A stretch of 64,000 nucleotides of DNA from Ignavibacteriota bacterium (GTDB lineage Bacteria > Bacteroidota > Ignavibacteria > UBA10030 > UBA6906). Shown one piece after another: positions 39,305 through 50,686 of this stretch; position 1 is the first letter of the stretch, and the number at the start of each line of letters is the position of its first letter. The stretch is taken from the NCBI GenBank assembly GCA_963801355.1, contig CAWDEM010000004.1:1-64000 (forward strand). Reading direction: 5' to 3'. The notes beneath the pieces were generated by a model. That model made no database searches. It was not told the DNA's origin and saw nothing but the letters and a program-made list of their open reading frames with translations. A program made the position numbers and the translations under genes.

Positions 39305-39817
39305 ATGAGTAAAGTCACGTGGGCATATCTCCTCGCTCTTGCAGGCACGGCGGTCTGGTGCGCGCTCGTGGTTGCCGCACCTGGTTTCATGCACGCAGGC
39401 GGTGCATGGACTCCAATCGGCGAGACGATCTACACGGGGTTCCATCGCATCTGTCACCAGATTGATGCGCGTTCACTGCATCTCTTCGGATTTCCTCTAG
39501 CAGCGTGCTCACGATGCTCTGCGATCTATTTTGCATTCCTTGCCGGCACGGTGCTCTATCCTTTCGTGCGCCCGCTGCAAACGCCGCACACGCCGTCCAG
39601 GCTGACTTTTTTGCTTGCCCTTGCGCCTGTGCTCGTTGATGTCGGTCTTGCGATCTCGGGTGTCCATGAGAGCGGCACGCTCTCCCGGTTGATTACCGGT
39701 GCATTCTTCGGCGTGATGCTTCCGTTCGTTGTTCTTCCCGTGTACCTTGGTGCGATTCTTGAGCACTCTCCCTCATCTTCAATTCACACACACCTGAAAG
39801 GATCATTCGATGCCTGA
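39305..39817 (+). CDS. DUF2085-like membrane protein
   Basis: ICHQIDARS...ACSRCSAIY motif with TM helices; upstream TTGCTT-17-TATGTT. Confidence 0.75.
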   Translation: MSKVTWAYLLALAGTAVWCALVVAAPGFMHAGGAWTPIGETIYTGFHRICHQIDARSLHLFGFPLAACSRCSAIYFAFLAGTVLYPFVRPLQTPHTPSRLTFLLALAPVLVDVGLAISGVHESGTLSRLITGAFFGVMLPFVVLPVYLGAILEHSPSSSIHTHLKGSFDA

Positions 39818-40334
39818 AAAACCGAGCAAATTGATGCCCGCCCTCTATGGTGGTATTATTATGGGCATCATTTCGGGGGTTCCCTTCCTCAATTTTGTCA
39901 ACTGTCTTTGCTGCGCCGGGGTGATGTTCGGCGGCTTCATGGCGGTGTTCTTCTATAAGAAAGACCTCCCGCCGGACAATCCCACGTTTACGAACAGCGA
40001 TGGCATGGCCCTCGGCGCGCTGGCCGGCGTATTCGGCGCCGTGTTTGGGAATATCATCACAGGCATTCTTCTGGTCACCGTCGGCAATGTCACCGGTCAG
40101 GCTATGTATGACATGGTCATGGGGCTGTACGGCTCATTGGGGATCCTCGACAAGATGCCTCCGGATGCTATCGAACAAATGGAGTCCAGCATGATGGACT
40201 CGGGCCTGTCGGCCACAAGCATCATTCTTTCATTTGTCATCGACCCATTGTTCGGAATGCTCGGCGGGCTTATCGGCTACGCATTCCTGAAGCCGAAAGA
40301 AAAACCCCCGGCACAAACAGTGGCTCCGGTGTGA
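39810..40334 (+). CDS. Membrane protein of unknown function
   Basis: Four hydrophobic segments; NCLCC motif; overlaps the upstream gene. Confidence 0.7.
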   Translation: MPEKPSKLMPALYGGIIMGIISGVPFLNFVNCLCCAGVMFGGFMAVFFYKKDLPPDNPTFTNSDGMALGALAGVFGAVFGNIITGILLVTVGNVTGQAMYDMVMGLYGSLGILDKMPPDAIEQMESSMMDSGLSATSIILSFVIDPLFGMLGGLIGYAFLKPKEKPPAQTVAPV

Positions 40335-40412
40335 CAGCTGCCTTGTGAGTGAAGGTAGGCGTTAAGCGAGATGAACACAGGCAGGCGTTGAGCAAGGAAG
40401 GTCCTGGTGCGA

Positions 40413-40517
40413 GGCAACTGGCACGAGGCAATAGGCACGAGGGGAGCAGGCAGCAGGCAAGGGGTGATAGGCAATAGGATGGTATCCCTATTGCCTGTCA
40501 CCTGCCGCCTATTGCCT
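40413..40517. repeat. Degenerate heptamer repeat array forming an inverted repeat between convergent genes
   Basis: GGCAACT GGCACGA GGCAATA GGCACGA... followed by complementary CCTATTG CCTGTCA CCTGCCG CCTATTG. Confidence 0.75.
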
Positions 40518-42386
40518 ACTTTTTCTTGAAGATCTTCTTCACCGCATCGTCTATCCGTCCCTTCTTCTCTTTCTCCAGCCGCTCTTCCAGTTCTTTCTTC
40601 TTTGTTTCAACCATGGAAATCTTCTCGTTCACCAGCGCCTGGTACTGGGCAAGCTGCTGCTCTACCTCTGCCTTGCGAGCATTGTAGACTGTCTCGAACT
40701 CCTGCCGCTTCTTGGCGATGATAGCGTTCGACCGCGCACGCAATTCGGCCTGCGCCTTTGTCAATTCCGCCCCGAGCACCGCTTTCACCCGACCGATGAA
40801 CAGCGCGTCAAGATCTGTTGCCAGCGCCACATCAAATCCAGCATCCGTCTTCCATCCTCTGAGTTTTAGATCAAATCCGTTCACGCCGTCCAGCACATCA
40901 CGTACCAGGCGTTCGCCGATGTGGGCCGGAGCACCTGCATAGCTGAACCCGACCTGCCGGAAGTGCAGATTGGCTGAGCCGTCAAATCGGTCCCCAGGAA
41001 TGCTTACAGTGACTTCGGCGGCAAGCTGCGATCCGGTGATCTTTCCTTTGAGAAAGCTCTCCGATCCGATCCCGATATCGGAAATGCCGATCCCCGTAAT
41101 ACCGGCTTTGTATTCATCCACGGGTGTCTGCTTCCGGCGGTCCATGAGCGCCCCGAATGTTGCCGACACTTTACCGGCCTGTGTCCCCGAGAGCTGCACG
41201 GTCATCGGAAGTCCCGTCACGCGCTGGTCGCTGGCGATGTTCTTGACTTCTCCCTTTGCATAGAGATATTCGGTATCCTGTGTCCGGTCGGTCCCTCCGG
41301 ACACCACAAGATTCCGCACCCAGTACTTGGGTATGACGTCTCCACCGGGAAATGGATATCCTGCCCCTTCATCCGCGGCGGTGTTTCTATCTCCGGCTCG
41401 GGTTGGTACTCCGCGATCTTCGCACGGGCAATATCCACGTACGATAGGTATTTCTTCACATTCTCGATCAGCTGCCGGCCCAGGAGCGCTTCGGCAAGCC
41501 CCATGGTATTGAGATCGGGGAGCGCGCGCCAGGGCGAGGATCTTGCGGAAATCCTCTTTGGCAACATCGTCGATTCTGCCTGCCGAAGCAGCAATAGTAT
41601 TAATGTCGCTTCTAATGGAGGTCTGCCGGGAATCGAGTGTCGCAACAATATCCCGAAGCTCTTTGTACCCATGATCCACTGTCATGATAGCGGAAGTAAT
41701 CGAAGCGACATCCTTCAGCGCCGCGGGATTGATGGCACGAACACTCGAATCGATCAGGATCGCACGCTGTTTGGCGTTCTCAATGTCGTTCATCGCAGCC
41801 GGCCACTGGGCAGCCACTGCGGTTGCCTGCACCTTGAGCGTGTCAATGAATTTCAGTGAACGCAGATCCACCACTTTCAACAGGCTGTCTACGTTGATCC
41901 CCGTACGGAACATCGCCGGATCCAGCAAGCGGGTGCTCGATGATCCGCTTTTGCAGCGCTGCTTCAGCAAGGTCTGCGAACTTGATTGAGTTTTCCTGTC
42001 GCGTGCTTTTGCGCGCTACAGCCTGGCTACCCGGGAAGTGATCCGTCAGTCGTTCGCTGGTCCCCAGGATCAGATCATTCACCTTGGCGTTTTCGACGAT
42101 GTACTTCCCGCGCAAGAGCTGGCCGAGGTCCATCGCGAACTGCTACTTTCCCCGTTTCGAATATATTCTTCCACGGATCACTCGGATCAGCCACTTGCAG
42201 CTTGCTAAACTTCAATCCGAGGGGAGAGAATGTAACCGAAAGATTGTCAATCTCCACTCTCGCTCCCACAGCGTCTTCCGCCGCATACTCAATGCCCGAT
42301 TCGATCCAGCGGTCAATGAAGAAATAGGCCACAACTGCGAATATAATGAACGGAATCAGGACGAAGAGGATAAAGTTCTTTCTCAT
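40516..42386 (-). CDS. TIGR03545-like (AsmA-related) protein; several apparent frameshifts
   Basis: N-terminal TM segment; VGARVEI...LQVADP; PPRMKGQDIHF; coiled-coil C-terminus; paired with a TIGR03546-like gene. Confidence 0.7.
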
Positions 42387-42389
42387 GGC

Positions 42390-42914
42390 CTAGCCTCCGA
42401 TGTCCCGGAGCCGCTCATACCACTGTACGAGAGCGCTTCTTTTCACTATCTGATAGATCTTCATCTTCTCCACGCGCGCACCCACGGTGGTCCGGTATGC
42501 TACGACAAAGCGTTTCATGCCGAAGTAGATCGGGATAAAGAAAAGAAGTGCACAGAGAAAACTTCCCATCACCACCGTATTGTTGAAACGCGTGAGGGGG
42601 GCAATCGGAGCATTGTACAGCGAGGTCCAGAGGCTATGCAACGCGTCGATGTTCACTAGAACCTGGAATCCGAACCAGTGGAAAAGTGGATCCAGCAAAA
42701 AAGCAACAAGGCTGAACACCGTGAGTGCCACGAGGGATGCCGAAAGGTTGACATTGAGAACAAGAATAACCAGCCAGACCACGGCGCCCTGCAATGTCAG
42801 CATCGGTGAGAGTCCGAGTATAGAGCCGAGGGCGAACCCTCCGGCCACCTGCGCCGGCGTCTGTCCCTCACGAAGGATTTTTATGAAATCCCGCACCAAC
42901 TTGAGCCAGAACAT
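42390..42914 (-). CDS. TIGR03546-like (DUF2062) membrane protein
   Basis: TPAQVAGGFALG; LYNAPIAPLTRFNNTVVMGS. Confidence 0.8.
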   Translation of the reverse strand: MFWLKLVRDFIKILREGQTPAQVAGGFALGSILGLSPMLTLQGAVVWLVILVLNVNLSASLVALTVFSLVAFLLDPLFHWFGFQVLVNIDALHSLWTSLYNAPIAPLTRFNNTVVMGSFLCALLFFIPIYFGMKRFVVAYRTTVGARVEKMKIYQIVKRSALVQWYERLRDIGG

Positions 42915-42928
42915 TTGTTACCTCCGCA

Positions 42929-44654
42929 TTAGTACCCCACCGCTCTCCCCCCGCTCCTGGTGTCAGCCGCGCCCATCCAGACCTTCCCGCTACGGGCAAT
43001 CGACGGCGCAATGGCCAGCATCCTCACAAATTCCAACTTATGCCCCATCGCCTCCAACGCCGTGCAGGTTTCCGCAGAAAATCCCCCCTCTTCCAGATAG
43101 AGCTGATCGGGGAGATGCTGGTGATGCAACCTGGGTGCGCTGACTGCTGAGTCAATCGGCATCTTGAAATCCAGGACATTCGAGATGACCTGAAATGTCC
43201 CGGTGATGATGTGCGGCCCGCCGCTGGCCCCCACGATGAGTACCGGAGAGTCTGTGGCATCCAGGATGATGGTCGGCGACATGGACGAGAGAATGCGCTT
43301 CCCGGGGACGATGGCGTTGGCCTCTCCTTGAACTAAACCGAACGTGTTCGCACTTCCGGGCTTCGACGAAAAATCATCCATCTCGTTGTTCAAAAAGAAC
43401 CCTGCTCCTTCCACAACAACAGCAGACCCGAAACTGAGGTTCAAAGTTGTGGTTAGGGCAACCACGCACCCCGCACTGTCAACCACCGAGAAATGTGTGG
43501 TGTGCATACCTTCATGAACAGGCGCCATCAATCCGGGAAGGATCTCCCGCGACGGCGTGACATGGTGCAGGATCTATTGTGGATCGGCGTTCCGCCGCAT
43601 ATGATTTCGATAGCAGGGAATCCTGCGGAAACGTCACGACATCCGGATCGCCAAGCCAGTAGTTCCTGTCGGCGAAAGCTCTTCTCATTGCCTCGGCAAC
43701 CAGATGGATATGTTCCGGAGAATGCCACTTCATGCGGGGAAGATCGTATCCTTCGAGTATGTTCGCGATCTGCGCAATGGTGATCCCGCCGGACGACGGC
43801 GGCGGCGTGGAGATGATACGGTACCCGCGGTAGTACGCCTGCACCGGGGTGCGCCAAACTGCCTTGTATTCGCTCAGATCCTGTGCGGTGATGATCCCCC
43901 CACCCCGCTCCATTTCCCGCAGGAGAAGCTCCGCTGTTTCTCCGGTATAGAACCCGGCAGGGCCGCGTTGTGCAATGCGCTGCAGGCAACGCGCAATATC
44001 CGGATTGCGCCAGATGCTCCCTTCCGTTATGGAATGTCCACCGGGTAGAAACAGACCGGCTGAGCCGGGGAAACGCACAAGACGTACGGAATCCACGCGT
44101 ACGGAATGCGCAAAACTCCTGCTGACAGGAAACCCCTTGTCTGCCAGATGTATGGCCGGGTCCACCACATCACTCCAGGGCAGCCGGCCAAAACGCCGGT
44201 GCGCTTCATAGAGACCCGCGACGCTCCCCGGGATTCCTGCGGCAAGATGACCGGTGACCGAACGCTCGGTTACTTCCCCGGCAGCATTCAGATACATGTC
44301 ACGCCGCGCCGCAAGAGGTGCCTTCTCTCTGAAATCGAGCGCGGCGGTTGTGCCGTCAGGCATCCGTACAACCATAAATCCGCCACCGCCTAAATTGCCC
44401 GCTTCCGGCATGGTGACCGCCAGGGCGAACGCCGTTGCTACCGCAGCGTCTACGGCATTCCCTCCACGTTGCATGACTTCGATGCCCGCACGCGAAGCCA
44501 GTGGCTCATCACTCACGACGACACCGTGTGGCGCGGTGACAGCGGCACTGTCGGGAGGGTATGGCCAGGCATGATAATCCGGCAACAACCCTTCGATCCG
44601 GCCGCAGCCCGCATAGACCAGGAGCAGCACTGATACGAGGATTCTCGTGGACAT
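42929..44654 (-). CDS. ggt: Gamma-glutamyltransferase (frameshift near 43540)
   Basis: GGNAVDAAVA; GNLGGGGF; DFREKAP; TTHFSVVD; LNNEMDDF; LSSMSPTI. Confidence 0.92.
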
Positions 44655-44883
44655 TTTTTGTTTGCACGATGTCGGGATGAATCTTGCAAGATTCTCACCT
44701 CAATTCGTGATACACAAAGATACCGGAAACAGGTTCCATCTGCAACGAATCGAATACCCTTTCGAATGGAAACTTATGTGAGACGATAAGCGGGCAACGG
44801 CGTGGACGATCCTCCATCCAACACACAGGCACGGGCAGGGAGGAATGGTGAAATCTGTTATCTGAATTTCTTATCTTGTCTGC

Positions 44884-45630
44884 ATGGCTCACTCCGGTGT
44901 GTACAACTTCGCTCTCAAATCGTACCAACTGGATCAGCGCGGCCGCATGCCCGTCTGGATCATCTTCCAGAACCTGCAGGAAGCCGCCGAATACAATGCG
45001 GTGGATCTGGGATTCGATACCGAGACACTGCTTCAGCGCGGCCTCACCTGGGTCCTCTCGCGTCTGCAGCTCCGCGTGACCTCGGTCCCGAAAGGACGGC
45101 AGGGCATGGAGGTGGAGACCTGGCCGTCTGACATCGTGAGCCGGTTCGCCCACCGCGACTTCCGGCTCCGCCTTCCGGGCGAGGAAGAGTATTTCGCGGT
45201 GGCATCCAGTGCATGGATCATGCTCGATCTGCAGAAAATGAGACCGGTAACGGTGGCCACATACCTCCCTGAAGACCATGTTGTGCACCTCCCCCGCATG
45301 GTCACTGAACCATTTCCGGCTTTTGACACACAGGGTGAGCCGGAAGTTCTGACGGAATTCCGTGTGCGCAGATCGGACCTCGACCTGAACGATCACGTAA
45401 ACAACGTGCACTACGTCGAATGGCTGGCCGAGTCGGTGCCCGAACAGCTCTGGCGGAACGCGGATGTGAGTGCACTCGACGTTGAATACAAACGCGCCGT
45501 GAAGTTCGGCGACACCGTGACCGTTTCCACATATGCCGCAGGAGATCACACATACATCCACCGGATGCTGGTAGCCGGCCAACCCGGTGATGTTCTCCGC
45601 GCACGGACGGTCTGGAAGCCGTTGCCCTAG
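44884..45630 (+). CDS. Acyl-ACP thioesterase
   Basis: Double hot-dog fold; WVLSRL; VETWP; DLDLNDHVNNVHYVEW. Confidence 0.88.
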   Translation: MAHSGVYNFALKSYQLDQRGRMPVWIIFQNLQEAAEYNAVDLGFDTETLLQRGLTWVLSRLQLRVTSVPKGRQGMEVETWPSDIVSRFAHRDFRLRLPGEEEYFAVASSAWIMLDLQKMRPVTVATYLPEDHVVHLPRMVTEPFPAFDTQGEPEVLTEFRVRRSDLDLNDHVNNVHYVEWLAESVPEQLWRNADVSALDVEYKRAVKFGDTVTVSTYAAGDHTYIHRMLVAGQPGDVLRARTVWKPLP

Positions 45631-45638
45631 AAAACGCC

Positions 45639-46520
45639 ATGCAAATCGGACAGACTTTCGCTCATTACCGCATCATCGACCGCATCGGGACCGGAGATAC
45701 CGGAGAGCTCTATCGCGCGATGGACCACCGCCTTCGCCGCATGGTCGCTCTTAAGTTCTTTTCACCCGGCTGCATTGCAGACGAGCAGGCACGTGAACGG
45801 TTCATGCATGAAGCTCGAACAGCTTCCGGCCTCGACCATCCAAACATCTGCACGATCCATGGCATCGAGGAAACACCGGAGGGTCAACTCTTCGTAAGTA
45901 GGGAATGGTACGGCGGCGAGACACTCCGCAACACCATCGCACGCGGACCCCTGCGGATGGAAGATGCAATCGGGATCGCCCGGCAAGTGGCCGAAGGACT
46001 CGCCAGAGCTCACGATGAAGGCATTACACACCGCGACCTCCATCCTGGCAACATTCTGATTACCCCGGAACGTGCGGTGAAGATACTGGACTTCGGCGTT
46101 GCAGCACTGACCGGAGCAACACAGCCCCGGCGGCCCCGCGTTACCCCGGGAAGGCTCACCTACCTGTCGCCCGAACAGCTTCGCGGTGAAGAGGGTGGTG
46201 CATCATCGGATATCTGGGCATTCGGTGTCATGCTGTTTGAAATGCTCGCCGGCCGCATACCCGAGCAGGGAGAGGATCTCTCAACCATCCGGAAAGAAGT
46301 CCCCGGATCAATCGTGCAACTTTGCAGGCAATGCCTTCAGGCGAACCCGGATGAGCGTCTGCACTCCATGCACGATGTGATCGGCATGCTCGGTCACTGG
46401 CCGTTCGACGCCTCGCGTGTGGCATCCCCTCTGGTTCGGAAACTCAAGTCCCGTTACTTCGTGCCGCTGCTCGTGGCTGCGATTCTGCTCATTGTCATTC
46501 TCTACCTCCTTCTGAGATGA
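45639..46520 (+). CDS. Hanks-type Ser/Thr protein kinase with C-terminal TM helix
   Basis: VALK; HPNI; HRDLHPGN; DFG; YLSPEQ; SDIWAFG. Confidence 0.88.
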   Translation: MQIGQTFAHYRIIDRIGTGDTGELYRAMDHRLRRMVALKFFSPGCIADEQARERFMHEARTASGLDHPNICTIHGIEETPEGQLFVSREWYGGETLRNTIARGPLRMEDAIGIARQVAEGLARAHDEGITHRDLHPGNILITPERAVKILDFGVAALTGATQPRRPRVTPGRLTYLSPEQLRGEEGGASSDIWAFGVMLFEMLAGRIPEQGEDLSTIRKEVPGSIVQLCRQCLQANPDERLHSMHDVIGMLGHWPFDASRVASPLVRKLKSRYFVPLLVAAILLIVILYLLLR

Positions 46521-47100
46521 GCAACCTGGATGCTGACAATGGTTCCCCCGGCACGCAAAGCCGTCCGCGCGTGTATATCCTCACGGGCCCGCAGGGCTCC
46601 GGAAAATCCACACTGCTGAGAAGACCTTCTCGGCGCTACTGAGGCAGCATGGCCGCACCGTGGCAGGAATACGCGCTCCCGTGGTGGTGAAAGACGGCAC
46701 GCGCATCGGCTATGATGTTGAAGATGTACGCACCGGAGACACGACTTCCGCTCTGCCGGATCGATCAACGAGATCCGGTTGCCTCTGTAGGCCCCTTCGG
46801 GTTCAACCATGACGGCATCCGTTTCGGCAATGCGGCATTGTCACTCGAGGCATGCGGCCGAATGCGATCTGGTGATTGTCGATGAGATAGGACCGCTGGA
46901 ACTGGAAGGCGGCGGATGGGCACCCGCACTGCGCCACTCTGCTCGAATCCTATACCGGCCGCCTCCTCCTTGTTGTGCGCCCGGATATTCTCGGGAAGGT
47001 CCTCGAACAATGGAAGATCCAACCCGCTGCGACATGGAACCCGGCTCTCCACTCGGCCGACCACATCGCGGAACAGCTGTGGAGATCAAGCAAAGATTAA
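46517..47100 (+). CDS. P-loop NTPase (THEP1/DUF2478-like); frameshifted
   Basis: ILTGPQGSGKSTLL and DLVIVDEIGPLELEGGGW in different frames. Confidence 0.6.
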
Positions 47101-47228
47101 CAGCAGATGAAGGAAGTATGAAGTCTGGGAAAATGCTCAAAGGCCGTGATTATGCACCGAGGCCTCTTTTTGCGTCTTTGTGCATCTCATCAGAGTAGAT
47201 ATTTTCGACTAATCAAGGATTCCATACC

Positions 47229-47693
47229 ATGCTAAAAAGAGAAGCAATAGTTAAGCATATTCAGGGTGTCACGTTTGCGGGAAAGGCCGATACCGGCCAC
47301 TGGGTCATGATGGACGGTCCCGCCCGGTTGGGCGGCAGTGACGCCGGAGCGCGCCCTAAAGAACTCGTGCTGATCGGCCTGGGCGGCTGCACGGCGAGCG
47401 ACGTCGCTAATATTCTCCAGAAGAAGCGGGTTCCGTTTGAAGATCTCGAAGTCCTTCTTCATGCTGATGCTGCCGAAGATCCCCCGCAGGTCTACACGAA
47501 GATCCACATCGAGTATGTGGTATACGGAGAGAACATCAATCCTGCCGATGTCGAGCGTGCAATCGAGCTTTCCACGACAAAGTACTGCTCGGTGTCTGCC
47601 ATGTTGCGTGCATCGGTGGAGCTCACGCACTCCTACACGATCAAGCCTCCCCGGAGGCTGAGCGGTCACACCGCCGCACAACTGACGGACTGA
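47229..47693 (+). CDS. OsmC family protein
   Basis: RPKELVLIGLGGCT; LSTTKYCSVS. Confidence 0.88.
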   Translation: MLKREAIVKHIQGVTFAGKADTGHWVMMDGPARLGGSDAGARPKELVLIGLGGCTASDVANILQKKRVPFEDLEVLLHADAAEDPPQVYTKIHIEYVVYGENINPADVERAIELSTTKYCSVSAMLRASVELTHSYTIKPPRRLSGHTAAQLTD

Positions 47694-47788
47694 TCCCCTC
47701 ATCGATGACACACATTGACATCACCCGCACACAATCAGCAAAAATGTCGGCACTTATGCGTGGCTCGCCACCTATGGACGGATATACT

Positions 47789-48188
47789 ATGACAATTTCC
47801 CAGATTCTCCTGTATGCACTGCTGGCACTTGTCGATTCTTTTCTACTTGCGGCGTTTTCTCCTGACACGCACTGTTACGCGCTACTCGCCCGCACAGCTT
47901 GCCGACCGCTTGAAAGAACCCGGGGCTGTGCTGCTCGATGTCCGCACAGAAAAAGAGCGGCAGGCACAGCTGATCCCGGGTTCGCTGCATATCCCGCTGC
48001 AGGAGCTCGGGCGCCGCATGGGGGAACTTGAGAAGCACAAGAACCGCGAAGTGATCTGCTACTGCCAGTCGGGCAATCGCAGCCTCACCGCTGCTGTCCG
48101 CCTCCGCCGCTTCGGTTTCAACGCTTCACATCTCGAAGGCGGCATCGCAGAATGGAATTTCAGCCAACACACGAAAGGACAGCGATGA
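47789..48188 (+). CDS. Membrane-anchored rhodanese-like protein (frameshift near 47835)
   Basis: LLDVR..E; IPGSLHIPL; CYCQSGNRS; LEGGI. Confidence 0.85.
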
Positions 48189-48568
48189 AATACGGATTTT
48201 CACGCACGGTCGACCTCACGTACGAACGCGCCATCGAGCGGGTGACGGAAGAGCTTAAGAAGGAAGGGTTCGGAGTCCTGACAACGATTGACGTGCAGGA
48301 GACACTCAAGAAGAAGCTGGGTGTGGATTTCACCAAATATATCATTCTCGGCGCATGCAATCCCCCGTTTGCTCATAAGGCGCTGCAGCTCGAGGAACAG
48401 ATCGGCCTGCTGCTTCCCTGCAATGTCATTGTCTATGAAAAGGAAGGCAAGACCGTCGTGGCAGCGTTCGACCCGATGATAATGAGCGTTATACTGGAAG
48501 GGGAAAAGATGGAACCGGTTGCCCGGGAAGTGAAAAGCCGTCTGGAGCGGGTCCTGCAGAACCTCTGA
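48185..48568 (+). CDS. DUF302 family protein
   Basis: GFGVLTTID; YIILGACNP; IGLLLPCNV. Confidence 0.88.
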   Translation: MKYGFSRTVDLTYERAIERVTEELKKEGFGVLTTIDVQETLKKKLGVDFTKYIILGACNPPFAHKALQLEEQIGLLLPCNVIVYEKEGKTVVAAFDPMIMSVILEGEKMEPVAREVKSRLERVLQNL

Positions 48569-48575
48569 TGTACCA

Positions 48576-49743
48576 TCACCGGCGTCGTCGATCGGGAATG
48601 AATTCGCTTCCCGCTGACCGGCTCATGTGGAAGTAGTGTTTGATGACACGCACCGTCCGCTCGGCTGCGTGTCCATCACCGTACGGGTTGACCGCCGTGG
48701 CCATCGCACGGTACGCGGCCGGACGCGTGAGAAGTGTCTTGGCCGTGCGATAGATGCGATCGGCATCCAGCCCAACGAGTTTTACGGTGCCGAACTCCAC
48801 CGCTTCCGGTCTCTCGGTCTTCTCACGAAGCACAAGAATGGGTTTGCCCAGTGAAGGTCCCTCCTCCTGTACCCCCCCTGAATCCGTAATCACGAGTGTG
48901 GAGCGTGCCATCGTGTGCACGAAGTCGAGATAATCAAGCGGCTCGAGAAGAACGGCATTGGGCAGATCCCGGAGCAGCGGAACCACGACCTCTCTCACAA
49001 CCGGATTCTTGTGCAGGGGGAAGACGATCTGCACATCGGGAAATTCCACGGCAAGACGACGCAGTGCAGACGCCGCCCCACGCATCGGCGCTCCCCAATT
49101 CTCGCGCCGGTGCATCGTGACCAGAATCGTCCGGCGGCCGGTCTCCATGGCAGTCCGGAGCGCGGGAATGGAAAGCCTGTGCTTCCGTGCTCACCGCAAG
49201 CTGTAAGGCATCAATCACCGAGTTCCCGGTGATGAAGACGGTCCGGGGATCGATATGTTCCCGCAGGAGAGCCCGCTTTGCAGTTGCCGTCGGGGCAAAA
49301 TGCAGATCGCCGATGCAACTGGTCAACCGGCGGTTCATCTCTTCAGGGAAGGGTTGGGTTTTGTCGTTGGTACGAAGACCCGCCTCTACATGTCCCACGG
49401 GGATGTGACGGAAGAAAGCCGCAAGGCTGCCGACAAATGTGGTGAGCGTATCCCCCTGGACCAGCACCATGTCCGGTTCTTCACGAACCATGATGCGGTC
49501 GAGCGCGTCAATCGTGTTGCGCGTGATCTGCGCCAGAGATTGGCGGGGCTTCATGATGTTCAGGTCGTACTCCGGCCGGATGCCGAATACGGTGAGCACC
49601 TGATCCAGCATATGGCGGTGCTGCGCCGTCGCAATGGCGACGACGCGGCACCACGCATGTTCCTTCTGTAATCGCAGAATTATCGGGGCAAGCTTGATGG
49701 TATCAGGCCTGGTGCCGAATACTACCGCGATGGTCTTTTTCAC
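48576..49743 (-). CDS. wecB: UDP-N-acetylglucosamine 2-epimerase (frameshift near 49180)
   Basis: VFGTRP; VQGDT; HVEAGLR; PFPEEMNR; TMHRREN; TDSGGVQEE; NPYGDG. Confidence 0.93.
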
Positions 49744-49748
49744 GATCG

Positions 49749-50641
49749 CTATTTGGTGTCGAGGATGATGGGGAGGCCATCCTTCCCGGCACCGACAATG
49801 ATGATCTTCGTGTTGGGTGAATTCGCCAGCTTCTCGGTGGCTTCAATTCCCTTCCACCGGAGCAGCGGCTCGCTGATTCCCTGTGCGACGATATTCTGGA
49901 AATCGGAGATTCCCTTTGCCTCGATCCGCTTCCGGTCAGCTTCCTGCTTTTCCTTCAGCAGGATAAACTCCATCCGCTGCGCTTCCTGATCGGCACGCTG
50001 TTTCTGCTCGATGGCTTCGGTTAACTGAGTGGGCAGAGAGACATTGCGCAGCGGCACCGTTTCCACGATGATGCCGCGGGGAGCAAGTGCCCGGGCAAGT
50101 TCCTCCTGGATATTGATCGCGAGGCGCTCGCGTTCGGTGGAATAGAGCGCACTGGCCTGGAAACTCGCGGTCACCGCACGGCTGATGGAACGGAACTGCG
50201 GGATCAGGAGCACGTTCTCGTAGTCGCCGCTCACGATGGTCTGGTACACGCGCGCCGCGGAATCGGGATTCAACCGGTACAGCACGCTGAGTTCCAGGCC
50301 GATGGTCAACCCCTCGCGCGACAGGACCTGCATGTTTTCCTTGTGCTCCTGGGTCTGGGCCGTGAACTTGTGCGACGTTAGCCATCGGGTTCACCAGATT
50401 GATGCCCGGCGGCAGCGTGCGCGCCTGCACGATACCGAAGAAGTCCACGACACCGACGTAGCCCGCAGGGATTACGCTGAACACCTGGATCACAGACACC
50501 AGCGGCGAAGAAGACGCAGACAAGCAACAAGACTGTCGCCACAGCACGGAACGACAGGTTGTTCTGTTTTACCTTACTCGCGGCTGCACGCCAGCCGAAG
50601 AATGCGACAATGGCAACGATGACACTCAGGACGAAGCCCAT
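49749..50641 (-). CDS. SPFH/prohibitin family membrane protein (frameshifts)
   Basis: IPAGYVGV; LSREGL; AIEQKQRADQEA...EKQEADRKRIEAKG. Confidence 0.85.
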
Positions 50642-50686
50642 GGCTCATCTCCTCTAATGGAAGTTGTCAGAATAGCAGCTGTGCAT

